From an uncultured Chthonomonadaceae bacterium (lineage in GTDB: Bacteria; Armatimonadota; Chthonomonadetes; Chthonomonadales; Chthonomonadaceae), in contig CAWFQB010000004.1 in the NCBI GenBank assembly GCA_963817895.1, positions 672,001 through 736,000 on the forward strand: 64,000 nt of DNA, in the 5' to 3' direction. The notes under the pieces were generated by a model. The model was not told where the DNA came from and did no database searches. It saw only the letters and a list, made by a program, of their open reading frames with translations. Position 1 is the stretch's first letter, and every line of letters starts with the position of its first letter. Both the position numbers and the translations under genes were made by a program. Shown one piece after another: positions 42,851 to 53,130 of the stretch.

Positions 42851-43606
42851 TCACAGGCCAAAACCCGGATTCAGGCCGTCGCTCTTTTTGGAAACGGCAA
42901 GCGCTGTGGGCAGCAGCCACTTTACATGTCCATCCGCAAAGGCATAGCGCGCGCCGCCATAATGCCGGGTTCCGCCGGGAGGTTGCGAGAGAAAAAATGT
43001 GGCTAAATCCGGGTCTATTGGATGGCGGAAAAACTGTTTCAATCCCTCTGGCGTAAGCGCCGTATCAGGCGTCACTCCTTCTACCATGCCAGCGCGAGCG
43101 TCGTATAGCGTAACTGTCAGCGTGGGATTTGTGACAATTGCCTCCAGACGCCCCTCTTGTATATTGCGTTCTTTTGTGCCATGCCTGCGGCTCAGTCGCC
43201 CGTTGATGATATACCCACAAAAGGAGGAGTGTCGTTTATAATCTTCCTTAACGTCGCTCGTATCGCAAATTGGGCAGGCTGGAACCGTATTGGCATGCAA
43301 GTAGGGGAGCAGCAAATCGCCCCATATGCGGTTATGCTCCTCAACTTCGTGGTTGATAACAATGCCTTCTACGCCCATAGGATACGTGCCATCATTATCG
43401 CCTGTGTACATGGTTAGCGCCTGACTGAGCTGGCGCAGATTTTGTACGCAGGTCGCATCCTGCGCTTTTCCGCGCGAAGACGCGATTACCGGGAACAGTA
43501 TCGCGGCTAAAACCGCCACAATACCAAGCACCACAAGCAACTCCGTGAGTGTAAAGCCAGGCGGACGCGAAGGCGTAGCCATCAGGTTTGAGCGTGTTTG
43601 CGGCAT
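42851..43606 (-). CDS. prepilin-type N-terminal cleavage/methylation protein (H-X9-DG)
   Basis: [49 protein letters not shown]. Confidence 0.9.
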   Translation of the reverse strand: MPQTRSNLMATPSRPPGFTLTELLVVLGIVAVLAAILFPVIASSRGKAQDATCVQNLRQLSQALTMYTGDNDGTYPMGVEGIVINHEVEEHNRIWGDLLLPYLHANTVPACPICDTSDVKEDYKRHSSFCGYIINGRLSRRHGTKERNIQEGRLEAIVTNPTLTVTLYDARAGMVEGVTPDTALTPEGLKQFFRHPIDPDLATFFLSQPPGGTRHYGGARYAFADGHVKWLLPTALAVSKKSDGLNPGFGL

Positions 43607-43618
43607 GTGAATGACCTG

Positions 43619-43855
43619 TCAGGCGAGAAGCGCGATGTCGTCGAAACGCAGCATCAGGCGTTTGGGCGTGTGATTGTTGGTTATGGGCGTCACTTCCGCG
43701 CAGGTATAAACGCCGCCCTTTTTATCGCCGGTAAGATACGCTTCCCAATCCGCCGCCAGCCGTTCCATTTCCGCTTCCGTGAAATAGAAGATGCCGATGT
43801 TTTTGGGTTCGCCCTGCGGATTTTTGAGATAAAGATGAACCGCGTTTTCTTTCAT
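43619..43855 (-). CDS. small hypothetical protein
   Basis: 78-aa ORF with typical composition, 12 nt upstream of the prepilin gene. Confidence 0.6.
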   Translation of the reverse strand: MKENAVHLYLKNPQGEPKNIGIFYFTEAEMERLAADWEAYLTGDKKGGVYTCAEVTPITNNHTPKRLMLRFDDIALLA

Positions 43856-43917
43856 AAGTTTCCCTGAAATTCTCTAAAGAAATAGGATATAACGGTTGAT
43901 AGCGCGGCATAAGTTTA

Positions 43918-44019
43918 GAGCCTATCCCAACAGGCGATTGCATTTGCGTCCGAAGGACGCCTGGCCGCAGGCCACTCAGACGGATACGTTCTTTGTACCC
44001 GGCCTGTTGGGATAGGCTC
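43918..44019. mobile_element. 102-bp MITE inserted at a TAA stop codon
   Basis: tta-GAGCCTATCCCAACAGGC...GCCTGTTGGGATAGGCTC-tta; perfect 18-bp TIR. Confidence 0.9.
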
Positions 44020-44391
44020 TTACCCGCGAACGGCGACAAATGCCAGCAACGCCCAGCCGGACAGGAAGCACAGCCCGCCAAGCGGCGTCACCGCGCCCAG
44101 TATTTTAACCCCGCTGACTGCCAGAACGTACAGGCTGCCGGAAAACAGCACAATGCCAACCGCAAACAGCCAGCCGACCCATTCCAGTTTCTTCGTTTCG
44201 CGCAGCCGGTCGGAAAGGACAGCCAGCAATATAAGCGCAAGCGCGTGTACCAGATGATACTGTACGCCCGTTTTGTACGCTTCCAGCGTTCCGTTCGCCA
44301 CCAGGACGTTTTGCAGGCCATGCGCCCCGAACGCGCCGAGCGCCACGCCGATAAACGCGAACACGCTTCCCAACAGCAGCAATGATTTCAC
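44020..44391 (-). CDS. DUF423/TMEM256 family membrane protein
   Basis: LGAFGAHGL, YHLVHALA, LFSGSLY, GAVTPLGG. Confidence 0.9.
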   Translation of the reverse strand: MKSLLLLGSVFAFIGVALGAFGAHGLQNVLVANGTLEAYKTGVQYHLVHALALILLAVLSDRLRETKKLEWVGWLFAVGIVLFSGSLYVLAVSGVKILGAVTPLGGLCFLSGWALLAFVAVRG

Positions 44392-44635
44392 GGGTATTGT
44401 ACCTTGTCCCTTGACGGTTGTGTATTTGAATCGCGCGTTTGCAGAAACGCGCGGAGTGGAACACGGATGGTAACAGGGCGCGTTTCTCGCGTCTTGAAAA
44501 ATACTCTGCCTTGCAGGAAAATACGTTCCGGCAGCGTATGATGTTGCAGGGACGTTCATGCGAGTTTGCAAGGTCTATCGGGTTTGTCCCGCTACCGGCA
44601 GGTGATTGCCGGAGCCGCGTGGTATACTCTCCTTA

Positions 44636-44717
44636 GAGCCTCTTCCAATCAGTTACGAATTTGCGTCTGAGGGACGCTTGCACTCTCCTGTAGGGGATTT
44701 TCAATATCCGGCCTGGC
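44636..44717. repeat. partial MITE-like copy carrying a REP-unit variant
   Basis: tta-GAGCCTCTTCCAA..TTTGCGTCTGAGGGACGCTTG..TATCCGGCCTGG; no second end seen. Confidence 0.55.
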
Positions 44718-44726
44718 ATTATACGC

Positions 44727-47700
44727 ATGAACAATACAGCAGAAAACGAAACGAACCCGCAGAACGCTTCTTCCACTCTCCATTCTCCCTCTTTTTATCT
44801 GGTGGGACTGGGGGCGTCGGCGGGCGGCATCCAGGCGCTGCAAACCTTCTTTGACGCCATGCCTCCCGACAGCGGCATGGCGTTTGTGGTGATTATGCAC
44901 CTGTCGCCCGATCATGAGAGCAATCTGGCGCAGATCCTGCAGACACCGCACGGCGATGCCGGTCGTGCAGGTGACGGAACCGACACAGGTGCTTCCCGAT
45001 CATGTGTATGTCATCCCGCCCGGCAAGCATCTGTCCCTGCAAGACGGCCACATTCATCTGGTCGAGCCGCAGCAGGCCAGTCGGCAAACGGCTTGCCATA
45101 GACCTGTTTTTTCGCACGCTGGCCGCGACCTATGGGCCGCGCGCGATTGCCGTCGTGCTGTCCGGGATCGGATGGGGATGGCAGCATCGGCATCAAGCAC
45201 GTCAAGGAGCAGGGCGGGCTGACCATTGCGCAGGAGCCGGACGAAGCCGAGTTCGACAGCATGCCCCGCTCGGCGATTGCCACCGGCATGGTGGACTGGG
45301 TCTTGCCGGTCGGCGCAGATGCCCGGCGCAGCTTGATGGAGTTCCTGCGCAACGAAGCGCGCATGCACATCCCGCCCGAAGAGCTGCAAAGCCGAGGACG
45401 GAGCGCGCAGGCCGAAGACCGCAATTCCGGCGGCCCGCCTGCTATCCGCAAGGAGGCCGAGCGCGGCGGATGAAGAGGCGCTGCTTGGAAGTGCTGCGCT
45501 TTCTGCGCGCGCAGACCGGGCATGATTTTGCTCCACTACAAGCGCGCCACCATTCTGCGCCGCGTCGCGCGCCGCCTGCAGGTCAACCTTCTGGAAGACA
45601 TCCCCGCCTATCTCGACTTTCTGCGCAGCCCATCCCGCCGAAGCCACCGCCCTGCTGCACGACCTGCTCATCAGCGTCACCAACTTCTTCCGCGATGCCG
45701 ACGCGTTTGCCGCGCTGGAAAGTCACATTCCCCAGCTCTTTGCCGACAAAGCCGCCAGCGATCAGGTGCGCGTGTGGGTGGCGGCCTGCGCGACCGGGCG
45801 AGGAAGCCTATTCGGTCGCCATGCTGCTCCTCGAACATGCGGCCCGGCTGGAAACGCCCCCGACCATTCAGGTGTTCGCGACCGACCTGGATGAGGACGC
45901 CATCCAGGTCGCGCGGGCGGGGCTGTACCCGGCCACCATTGAAGCGGATGTGTCCCCGGAGCGGCTGCGGCGCTTTTTCCACAAGGAGGAGGGGCGCTAC
46001 CGCGTCAAGAAAGAGCTGCGGGAGCGCGTCCTCTTTTCCGCGCACAATCTGCTCAAAGACTCGCCCTTTTCCCGCCTGGATCTGGTGACCTGCCGCAACC
46101 TGCTCATCTACCTCAAGCGCGAAGCGCAGGAGGCGGTTCTTCGACCTGTTCCATTTTGCCCTGCGTCCGGGCGGGCTGCTGTTTCTGGGCAGCTCGGAAA
46201 GCGTGTCCGACGGCCATGTCGCTGTTTGCCCCGCTGGACAGACAGCATCGGCTGTTTGTGCGCCGCGCCACGCCGCGCGCCGGGCTGGCAACTGCCGGCT
46301 CTGCCCGTCGCCTGTTCCTTCCGGCCTCCGCCCTCTGGCTCCCATTCCGATGCCACTTCAGCTTGCTTCCGCAGCAGCGACCGCGAACGGAACGCCCTCC
46401 ACCGCGCCTGCGCCTGGCCCGCCGGAACGCCGCTCGGCCTCTTTTGGCGATCTGCACCTGAGCCTGCTGGAACAGTTCGCCCCGCCTTCGCTGATCGTCA
46501 ACGCCGACTATGACATCGTGCATCTGTCCGAACATGCCGGTGCGTTTCCTGCAGTTCGCGGGCGAACTTTCGCGCAATCTGCTGAAGGTGGTGCATCCCG
46601 CCCTGCGCATGGAACTGCAAACCGCGCTTTTCCGCGCCTCCCATCAGCGCGTCAGCGTGACCACGGCTCCCATCCCCTTGGAAGAGGGAACCGCGTCGCT
46701 GTCTGTGACCATCCATGCACGCCCCACGCTCTCGTCGGAAGAGGCGGAGTTTCTGCTGGTCGTGTTTGAACACCGCCGACGCCCGCCAGGACGCGCCTGC
46801 GGTCGCTTCCAGACCTGCGGACACGATCACGCTCCATCTGGAGGAGGAAAGCTAGCATCTGCGGGAGCAGCTGAGCGCGACGGTGGAGCAGTACGAAGCC
46901 TCCCTGGAGGAACTCAAAGCCGCCGACGGAAGAGCAGCAGTCCATCAACGAGGAGATGCGCTCGACCGCCGAAGAACTGGAAACCAGCAAGGAAGAGCTG
47001 CAATCCATCAACGAGGAACTCACGACAGTCAATCAGGAACTCAAAAGCAACGTGGACGAACTCGGCCGCGCCAACGGCGACCTGCAGAACCTGATGGCCT
47101 CGACGGAGATCGGCACGATCTTCCTGGACCGGCAACTGCGCATCAAGCGCTTCACGCCCCGCATCCGCGAACTGTTCAACATCATTCCGACCGATATCGG
47201 ACGCCCGCTTTCCGACATCACCCACAAACTCAACCACCATCCCTTTAGCGACGACGCCGAGCGCGTGCTGACGGACTTGAGCCGCAGCGAGCGCGAAGTG
47301 CGCTACAATGGAAACTATTTTCTCGCCCGCATGCTGCCGTATCGCACTCCCGACGATCACATAGATGGCGTCGTCCTGACCTTCATTGACATCACGGAGC
47401 GTAAAAAAGCCGAAGAAGCCCTGCGCGAAGCGGAAATGCGGATGCGCCTGATCGTGGAAAGCGCCCGCGACTACGCCATCTTCACAACGGATTTACAACG
47501 CCGCGTGAGCAGTTGGAACGGGGGCGCGCAGGCGCTGTTCGGGTATACGGAAGCGGAGATTTTGAACAGGCCGGGCGACATGTTGTATACGCCTGAAGAC
47601 CGCGCCGCAGGCGCGCCGCAGGGGGAAGCGGAAAGGGCGCAGACTACGGGACGGGCCGAGAACGAGCGCTGGCATGAGCGTAAGGATGGCTCCCGGTTCT

Positions 47701-50357
47701 ATGGATCGGGCGTGGTGACGCCCCTGCGCGACGATGCGGGCAACCACATCGGCTTTGTCAAAGTGATGCGCGACCTGACCGAGCAGAAGCGGGCGGAAGA
47801 GGCCTTAGCCGCCTCAGAGGAGCAGTTTCGACAGGCAATTGAGGAGGCGCCCGTTCCGATCATCATGCAGGCCGAAGATGGCGAGGTACTTCAGATCAAC
47901 CGTATCTGGACGGAACTGACCGGCTGTAGACAGGCAGACATGCCGACGTTTGATGCCTGGCTCAACATGGCTAACGTGGAGAGCGCCAATGAAGTGCGAG
48001 GGCACATGCGCGACCTGTTCCAGGGGAAACAGACCATCCTGAATGTCGAGTTTTCCATCGTCACCCGGGACGGGGCGCAGCGGCGCTGGAGCTTCAGCGC
48101 GTCTTCGCCGGGTATCCTGCGCGATGGCCGCCGCTTCATCGTGGGCATGGCGATTGACATCACCGACCGCAAACGCGCTGACGAAGCCTTGCAGGTATCG
48201 GAGGAACAGTATCGCGCGCTGTTTACCTCGATGGACGAAGGTTTTTGCACAATTGAGGTTTTGTTCGACGCGCAGGGCAAATCCAGCGATTACCGTTTTC
48301 TCGAAACGAACCCGGCGTTCGCGCGGCAGACAGGTATCGAAAACGCCGTTGGCAAAACCATGCGCGAACTCGCGCCCGAACACGAAGAATTCTGGTACGA
48401 GACATACGGGCGTATTGCCCGCTCGGGAGAAGCGACGCGCTTTGAACACGAAGCCGCCGCGTTTGGAAAGTTCTACGACGTTTAAGCCTTTCGCATCGGC
48501 CAGCCGGGCGAAAACCGCATTGCCGTTATCGTCAGCGACATCTTCGCGCGCAAGCAGGCGGAAGCCGCTCTGCGCGTGTCGGAACAGCGCGCCCGCGCGC
48601 TGATTGAAAACCTGCCGGGCGGAGCCGCCTTTATCGTGGATGGCGACCTGCGCTATCTGCTTGCCGAGGGCGAAGCGCTCACGACGGTCGGGTTTACGTC
48701 GAAAGACTTTGTCGGCAAAACTGTTTTCGAGGCGCTTCCGTCCGCGTTGGCAGCGCAGCACGAGCCGATGTTCCGCCAGGCATTGGCGGGGGAACACTTC
48801 GAGCAGGAACATTTCGCGCATGGACGCTGGTATCTTTCGCGCGGCGCGCCGCTCATGGACGCGAACGGCGATGTCTACGCCGTTCTGGCGCTGTCCTACG
48901 ACATCACGGCGCGCAAGCAGGCCGAAACGGGATTGCGCGAAAGCGAGGAGCGGCTGCGCATCGCCGTCGAGCCCGCCGATATGGGGACGTGGGACTGGAA
49001 CTTGCTGACCAACGAGGTGACATGGAACGCGCGCCACTTTACCCTGCTCGGCATGGAGCCGCAGGAGCATCCTCTGCCGGCGGAAGAGTTCTTCCGCCAC
49101 GTACACCCGGACGACCGCGACCGATTACGGGAACGGCTGGAGCAGACCCTGCGCGACAGGATTGTGTTTGAAGCCGAATACCGCATTGTACGCGAAGACG
49201 GCGAGGTCTGCTGGATGAGCGGCTACGGCAACATTGTGGAAGAAAGGGAGGGCAGGGCCACGCGGATAAGCGGAGGCATGTTGGACATCACCCGGCGCAA
49301 GGACATAGAGGAAGCCCTGCGCCTGGGCGAGGAGCGGTATCGGCTGACGGTCGAGAATATCCGCGATTATGCCATTTTCACGCTGGACACCGAGGGGCAT
49401 GTGACAAGCTGGAGCGAGGGAGCGCGGCGCGTCAAAGGCTATGAACCCCACGAGATCATCGGACGGCATTTCCGCGTGTTCTATATCCCGGAAGATCAGG
49501 CAAGCCGCAAGCCGGAACACGAAATGGAACACGCTGCCGCCACGGGCCGCAATGAGGACGAGAGTTGGCGCGTGCGCAAAAATGGGACGCGCTTCTGGGG
49601 CAACGAGATCAGCACGGCCATACGCGACGAAACCGGAGCCTTGCGCGGCTTCGTCAAGATCAGCCGCGACCTGACCGAGCGCAAGCGCGTCGAAGAGGAG
49701 CGAATCGCGCTGGAACACGAAACCACCCTCCTGACCGAGCGCAACCGCATGGCGCAGGAGTTGCACGACACCCTGGCGCAGGGCTTTACCGGCATTCGGA
49801 TGCAGTTGGAGATGGCGCAAGATGCCCTGCAAGCCGCGCCCCCCGAAGCAGAGGAGAGCTTGCAGCGTGTGGTAAGAGCCAGAGAAATCGCCGCCAACAG
49901 CCATCAGGAAGCCCGCCGTTCCATTCGCGCCCTGCGCTCGCCCCTGCTGGAGAATTCCACCCTGCCCGAAGCCCTGGAACGGCTTGCCGGCGATGTCAGC
50001 GATAGCGTTGTGGTCGGTTTTGCTCTGGAAGGAACGCCTTTTCCCCTGTCGGCCCTGGTGGAAAACGATCTGTACCGCATCAGTCAGGAGGCCGTGACCA
50101 ATGCCGTTCGCCACAGCGAAGCGAAGCGGATCGTCCTGACGCTGACCTACTTTGACGATCAGACGCATCTCAGCATTGTGGATGATGGACGCGGCTTCGA
50201 TCCGAGTACCAGCCGCGCGGGTTTCGGCGTCACGGGCATGCAGGAACGGGCGCGGCGTCTGGGAGCGGAACTGCAAATCTCCAGCCAGCCGGGGCAGGGA
50301 ACGCAGGTCAACCTGGCGTACCCCATTTCTATCGGACAACAGCGCCCTGCCACATAG
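44727..50357 (+). CDS. CheB-CheR-multi-PAS sensor kinase (HisKA_3 type), heavily frameshifted
   Basis: [18 protein letters not shown] (CheB); [27 protein letters not shown] (CheR); [17 protein letters not shown]; about 8 PAS-like repeats; [31 protein letters not shown]. Confidence 0.8.
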
Positions 50358-50487
50358 AGGGCGGCCTACAACTTAAGAGGGGGTTAAAAGTCTGCCGCAG
50401 GGACGCCAACGCCGCGCTTTCACATTCGTAAGCACAGGAAAGGCAGAGTGCTATGCGCAAATGAGAGCGGGAACAAGATGAGCGAAA

Positions 50488-50856
50488 ATGCGGGCGCGGC
50501 GTATACTGATTGTTGACGACCATGAAGTCGTCCGAGAAGGATTGGTCGGTATTCTGACACGCCAGAAGATGCAGGTCGTGGCCGAAGCCGTCAATGGTCA
50601 GGAAGCCATCGCGTGTTATCGGCAGCACCGGCCCGATATTGTCCTGATGGACTTGCGAATGCCCCTTATGGATGGCCTGACGGCGACGCGCGCGATTGTA
50701 TCCGAGTTCCCCCACGCGCAAATCATTATTCTGACCAACTCCGAAGGCGAGGAGGAGAACAGCCGACAGGCAGGCGCAGCCGCCTTCGTGCAAAAAGACG
50801 CGCCTTCCGAACAATTGCTTCGCGCGATCCATGCGGTTCACAATGCGTCTGCCTGA
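50488..50856 (+). CDS. NarL-type receiver-only response regulator
   Basis: IVDDHEVVREG, VLMDLRMP, AFVQK; no HTH. Confidence 0.85.
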   Translation: MRARRILIVDDHEVVREGLVGILTRQKMQVVAEAVNGQEAIACYRQHRPDIVLMDLRMPLMDGLTATRAIVSEFPHAQIIILTNSEGEEENSRQAGAAAFVQKDAPSEQLLRAIHAVHNASA

Positions 50857-50861
50857 CCGTT

Positions 50862-50953
50862 GGGCGCGGCAAGCAGGGCGCGGCAAGCAAGCAGGGCGCG
50901 GCAAGCAAGCAGGGCGCGGCAAGCAAGCAGGGCGCGGCAAGCAGCGCCCCTAC
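50862..50953. repeat. tandem array of partial GTAG-REP units
   Basis: GGGCGCGGCAAGCA(AGCA) x4 followed by GGGCGCGGCAAGCAGCGCCCCTAC. Confidence 0.9.
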
Positions 50954-51030
50954 TGGCATGGAGGGGCGCGTAAAGCCACTTGATGGACAACAAGAGCCTG
51001 CGCGATGGCCCTGCGCTCTGGAGAGATTGT

Positions 51031-51300
51031 ATGAGCAATACAAACGCGATACGAATTCTGATTGCGGACGATCATCCGGTCGTTTGTGAGGGCGTGGCTG
51101 CCCTGCTTTCGCGGCAGGAAGGGTTGTGTGTGATAGCTCAGGCGCACAACGGCAAGGAAGCCACGCAACTCTATCGGCAGCATCTGCCGGATGTGGCGAT
51201 TCTGGACAAAAGAATGCCGCAGATGGACGGTCTGGAAACGCTGCAAGCGATTCGCAAGGAGTTTCCCCAGGCGCGAATCATCCTGCTGTCGAATTCTTAG
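51031..51300 (+). pseudogene. truncated NarL-type response regulator
   Basis: IADDHPVV..ILDKRMP..IILLSNS then stop; lacks the conserved Lys strand and the HTH. Confidence 0.65.
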
Positions 51301-51320
51301 TTATCGAAGGAGAATGAACG

Positions 51321-52140
51321 ATGCCTGGCCCGTTTCCCGGCATGGACCCGTATCTGGAAGCCCCGGTATTATGGCCTGATCTGCACCATAGTTTCATTAC
51401 CTTTGCCCGTTCGGCGATACGCGCCGCGCTGCCGCCCGGTTACATTGCCAGAGTGGAAGAGCGCGTCATTATTCTGCCCTCGGAGCGCGGCATCGTGCCT
51501 GACGTGTTTGTTCGCCGTCGCCCTCCCCCGCAATCCTCCTCCGTAACGGGAAACGTCGCGATTGCCGACGCTCAGAACGCCCCGCGATTGATTCGCGTTC
51601 CGCCTGTAGAAACGCGGCGGCAGGGGTATATTGAAATCGTAGACGCCGTTGACCGGGAGCGCGTGATTACGACGATTGAGGTTCTCAGCCCTACCAATAA
51701 AATGGCCGGCAATTCCAGTCGGGCGAGTTACGCTCGTAAGCAGGAAGCCACTCTCCACAGCGAAACGCATTTGCTGGAAATTGATTTGCTGCGGACAGGA
51801 GAACCGACTGTCGCCGCGCCGCTTGCCGCTCTGAACGCGGAGGGCGTTGCATGGAATTATCTGGCCTGTCTGCACCGCGCCAATCAGAATCAGGACGATG
51901 ACCAGACATTCGAGGTCTGGTTCAACCGGTTACGGCAACCCTTGCCGCAGAGTATATGTTCCCCTGAACAAGAGCCAACAGGATATAGAGTTGGATTTAC
52001 AGGCCGTTCTCAATCGTTGCTACGAGGAGGCAGGCTACGGCGACGCGGTTGACTACGCGAACGAAGCCCTGCCGCCGCTTTCCGCCGAAGACGCGGTTTG
52101 GGCAGACGCATTGCTGCGCGAAAAAGGATTGCGACGGTGA
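51321..52140 (+). CDS. DUF4058 family protein, frameshift near 51950
   Basis: MPGPFPGMDPYLE, PDV, IEVLSPTNK, LLEIDLLRTG; C-terminus LDLQ..PPLSAEDAVWAD in 51847-52140. Confidence 0.88.
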
Positions 52141-52252
52141 AAAATTATCAGTACGCAGAATTCGCGTGAGCAAATCGTTGTGTAAAGCCGTTTTTATCTA
52201 CGGGGAGTGGCAAACAAAAACGTTGCTGAAACCTACCGAAGGAGAATGAACG

Positions 52253-53059
52253 ATGCCCGGCCCGTTTCCCGGCATGGACCCGTATCTGGAAGATCCGTTT
52301 AGGTGGCAGGGAGTTCACAACACCCTGATTACCTATATTGCCGCCGAACTTAACGCCACGCTTCCGCCCGATTACGTTGCGGATACAGGGGTTCGTTGCG
52401 TGGCTGAGTGGCAGTCGGGCAGTATTCTTCCTGATGTGTTCGTTCAGGAAGAACAGGGTATCGCCACGACAGGGCGTAGTGGCAGCGTGAGTGTGCTGGA
52501 GGGAACCCGCGCGATAGATGCGCCTTTGCGCTTGCAGGCTATGGAAGTAGAGGAGCGTCAGGCGTATGTCAATATCATCAACACGCGAAACGAGCAGATT
52601 GTCAGCGTGATTGAACTGCTCAGTCCGACCAACAAAAACAAAAACAACAGCGGATGGGAAGCGTACCGGCACAAACAGCGGGAGTTGTTAGCCAGCCATA
52701 CAAGCCTGATCGAGATAGATTTGCTGCGCGCGGGAATTTATACGGTGGCGGTTCCAATCTCCCTGATACCGCCGCAACGGAAATGGAATTATCTGACCTG
52801 CCTGCATCGGGGCGGGCAAGGTTCCGTGTTTGAGGTATGGCCGCATACGGTACGCGAATGTCTGCCCTGCATTGCCGTGCCGCTGGGCGCAAACATGCCG
52901 GATTTGCCACTGGACTTGCAGCAGCCGTTCAACCGCTGCTACGATGAGGGGCGTTACAACCGCAAAATTCAGTACGCCCACGAGCCAATTCCGCCGCTTT
53001 CCGCCGAAGATGCGGTTTGGGCAGACGCATTGCTGCGCGAAAAAGGATTACGAAGTTGA
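52253..53059 (+). CDS. DUF4058 family protein
   Basis: MPGPFPGMDPYLE, IELLSPTNK, LIEIDLLRAG, PPLSAEDAVWAD. Confidence 0.92.
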   Translation: MPGPFPGMDPYLEDPFRWQGVHNTLITYIAAELNATLPPDYVADTGVRCVAEWQSGSILPDVFVQEEQGIATTGRSGSVSVLEGTRAIDAPLRLQAMEVEERQAYVNIINTRNEQIVSVIELLSPTNKNKNNSGWEAYRHKQRELLASHTSLIEIDLLRAGIYTVAVPISLIPPQRKWNYLTCLHRGGQGSVFEVWPHTVRECLPCIAVPLGANMPDLPLDLQQPFNRCYDEGRYNRKIQYAHEPIPPLSAEDAVWADALLREKGLRS

Positions 53060-53130
53060 GTCAAACCGAACGCCGCAAAAATACAGGAAGGAAAATAGCT
53101 AAAACAGGGTAAAATTAACAGGGATGTAAA

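Noticed and set aside
47814..50339. Long antisense ORFs (47814-49106, 49125-50339; likewise 55992-57209, 40658-41782, 26254-27240)
   Set aside because: They are shadows of well-supported genes on the opposite strand in GC-rich DNA and show no protein motifs.
50862..50953. Possible CRISPR array
   Set aside because: Units of 14-18 nt are directly adjacent without unique spacers, there are no cas genes, and the sequence matches the GTAG-REP family.
50613..51089. ORFs with repeated peptides (KQGAAS, PRPACL, LLAAPC)
   Set aside because: They are translations of the non-coding tandem REP array.
54..52140. Many split genes read as pseudogenes or programmed frameshifts
   Set aside because: Breaks hit unrelated and housekeeping genes (pdp, moxR, alr, epimerases), motifs are intact on both sides, and no consistent slippery site is present. 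Uncorrected long-read indels explain them best.
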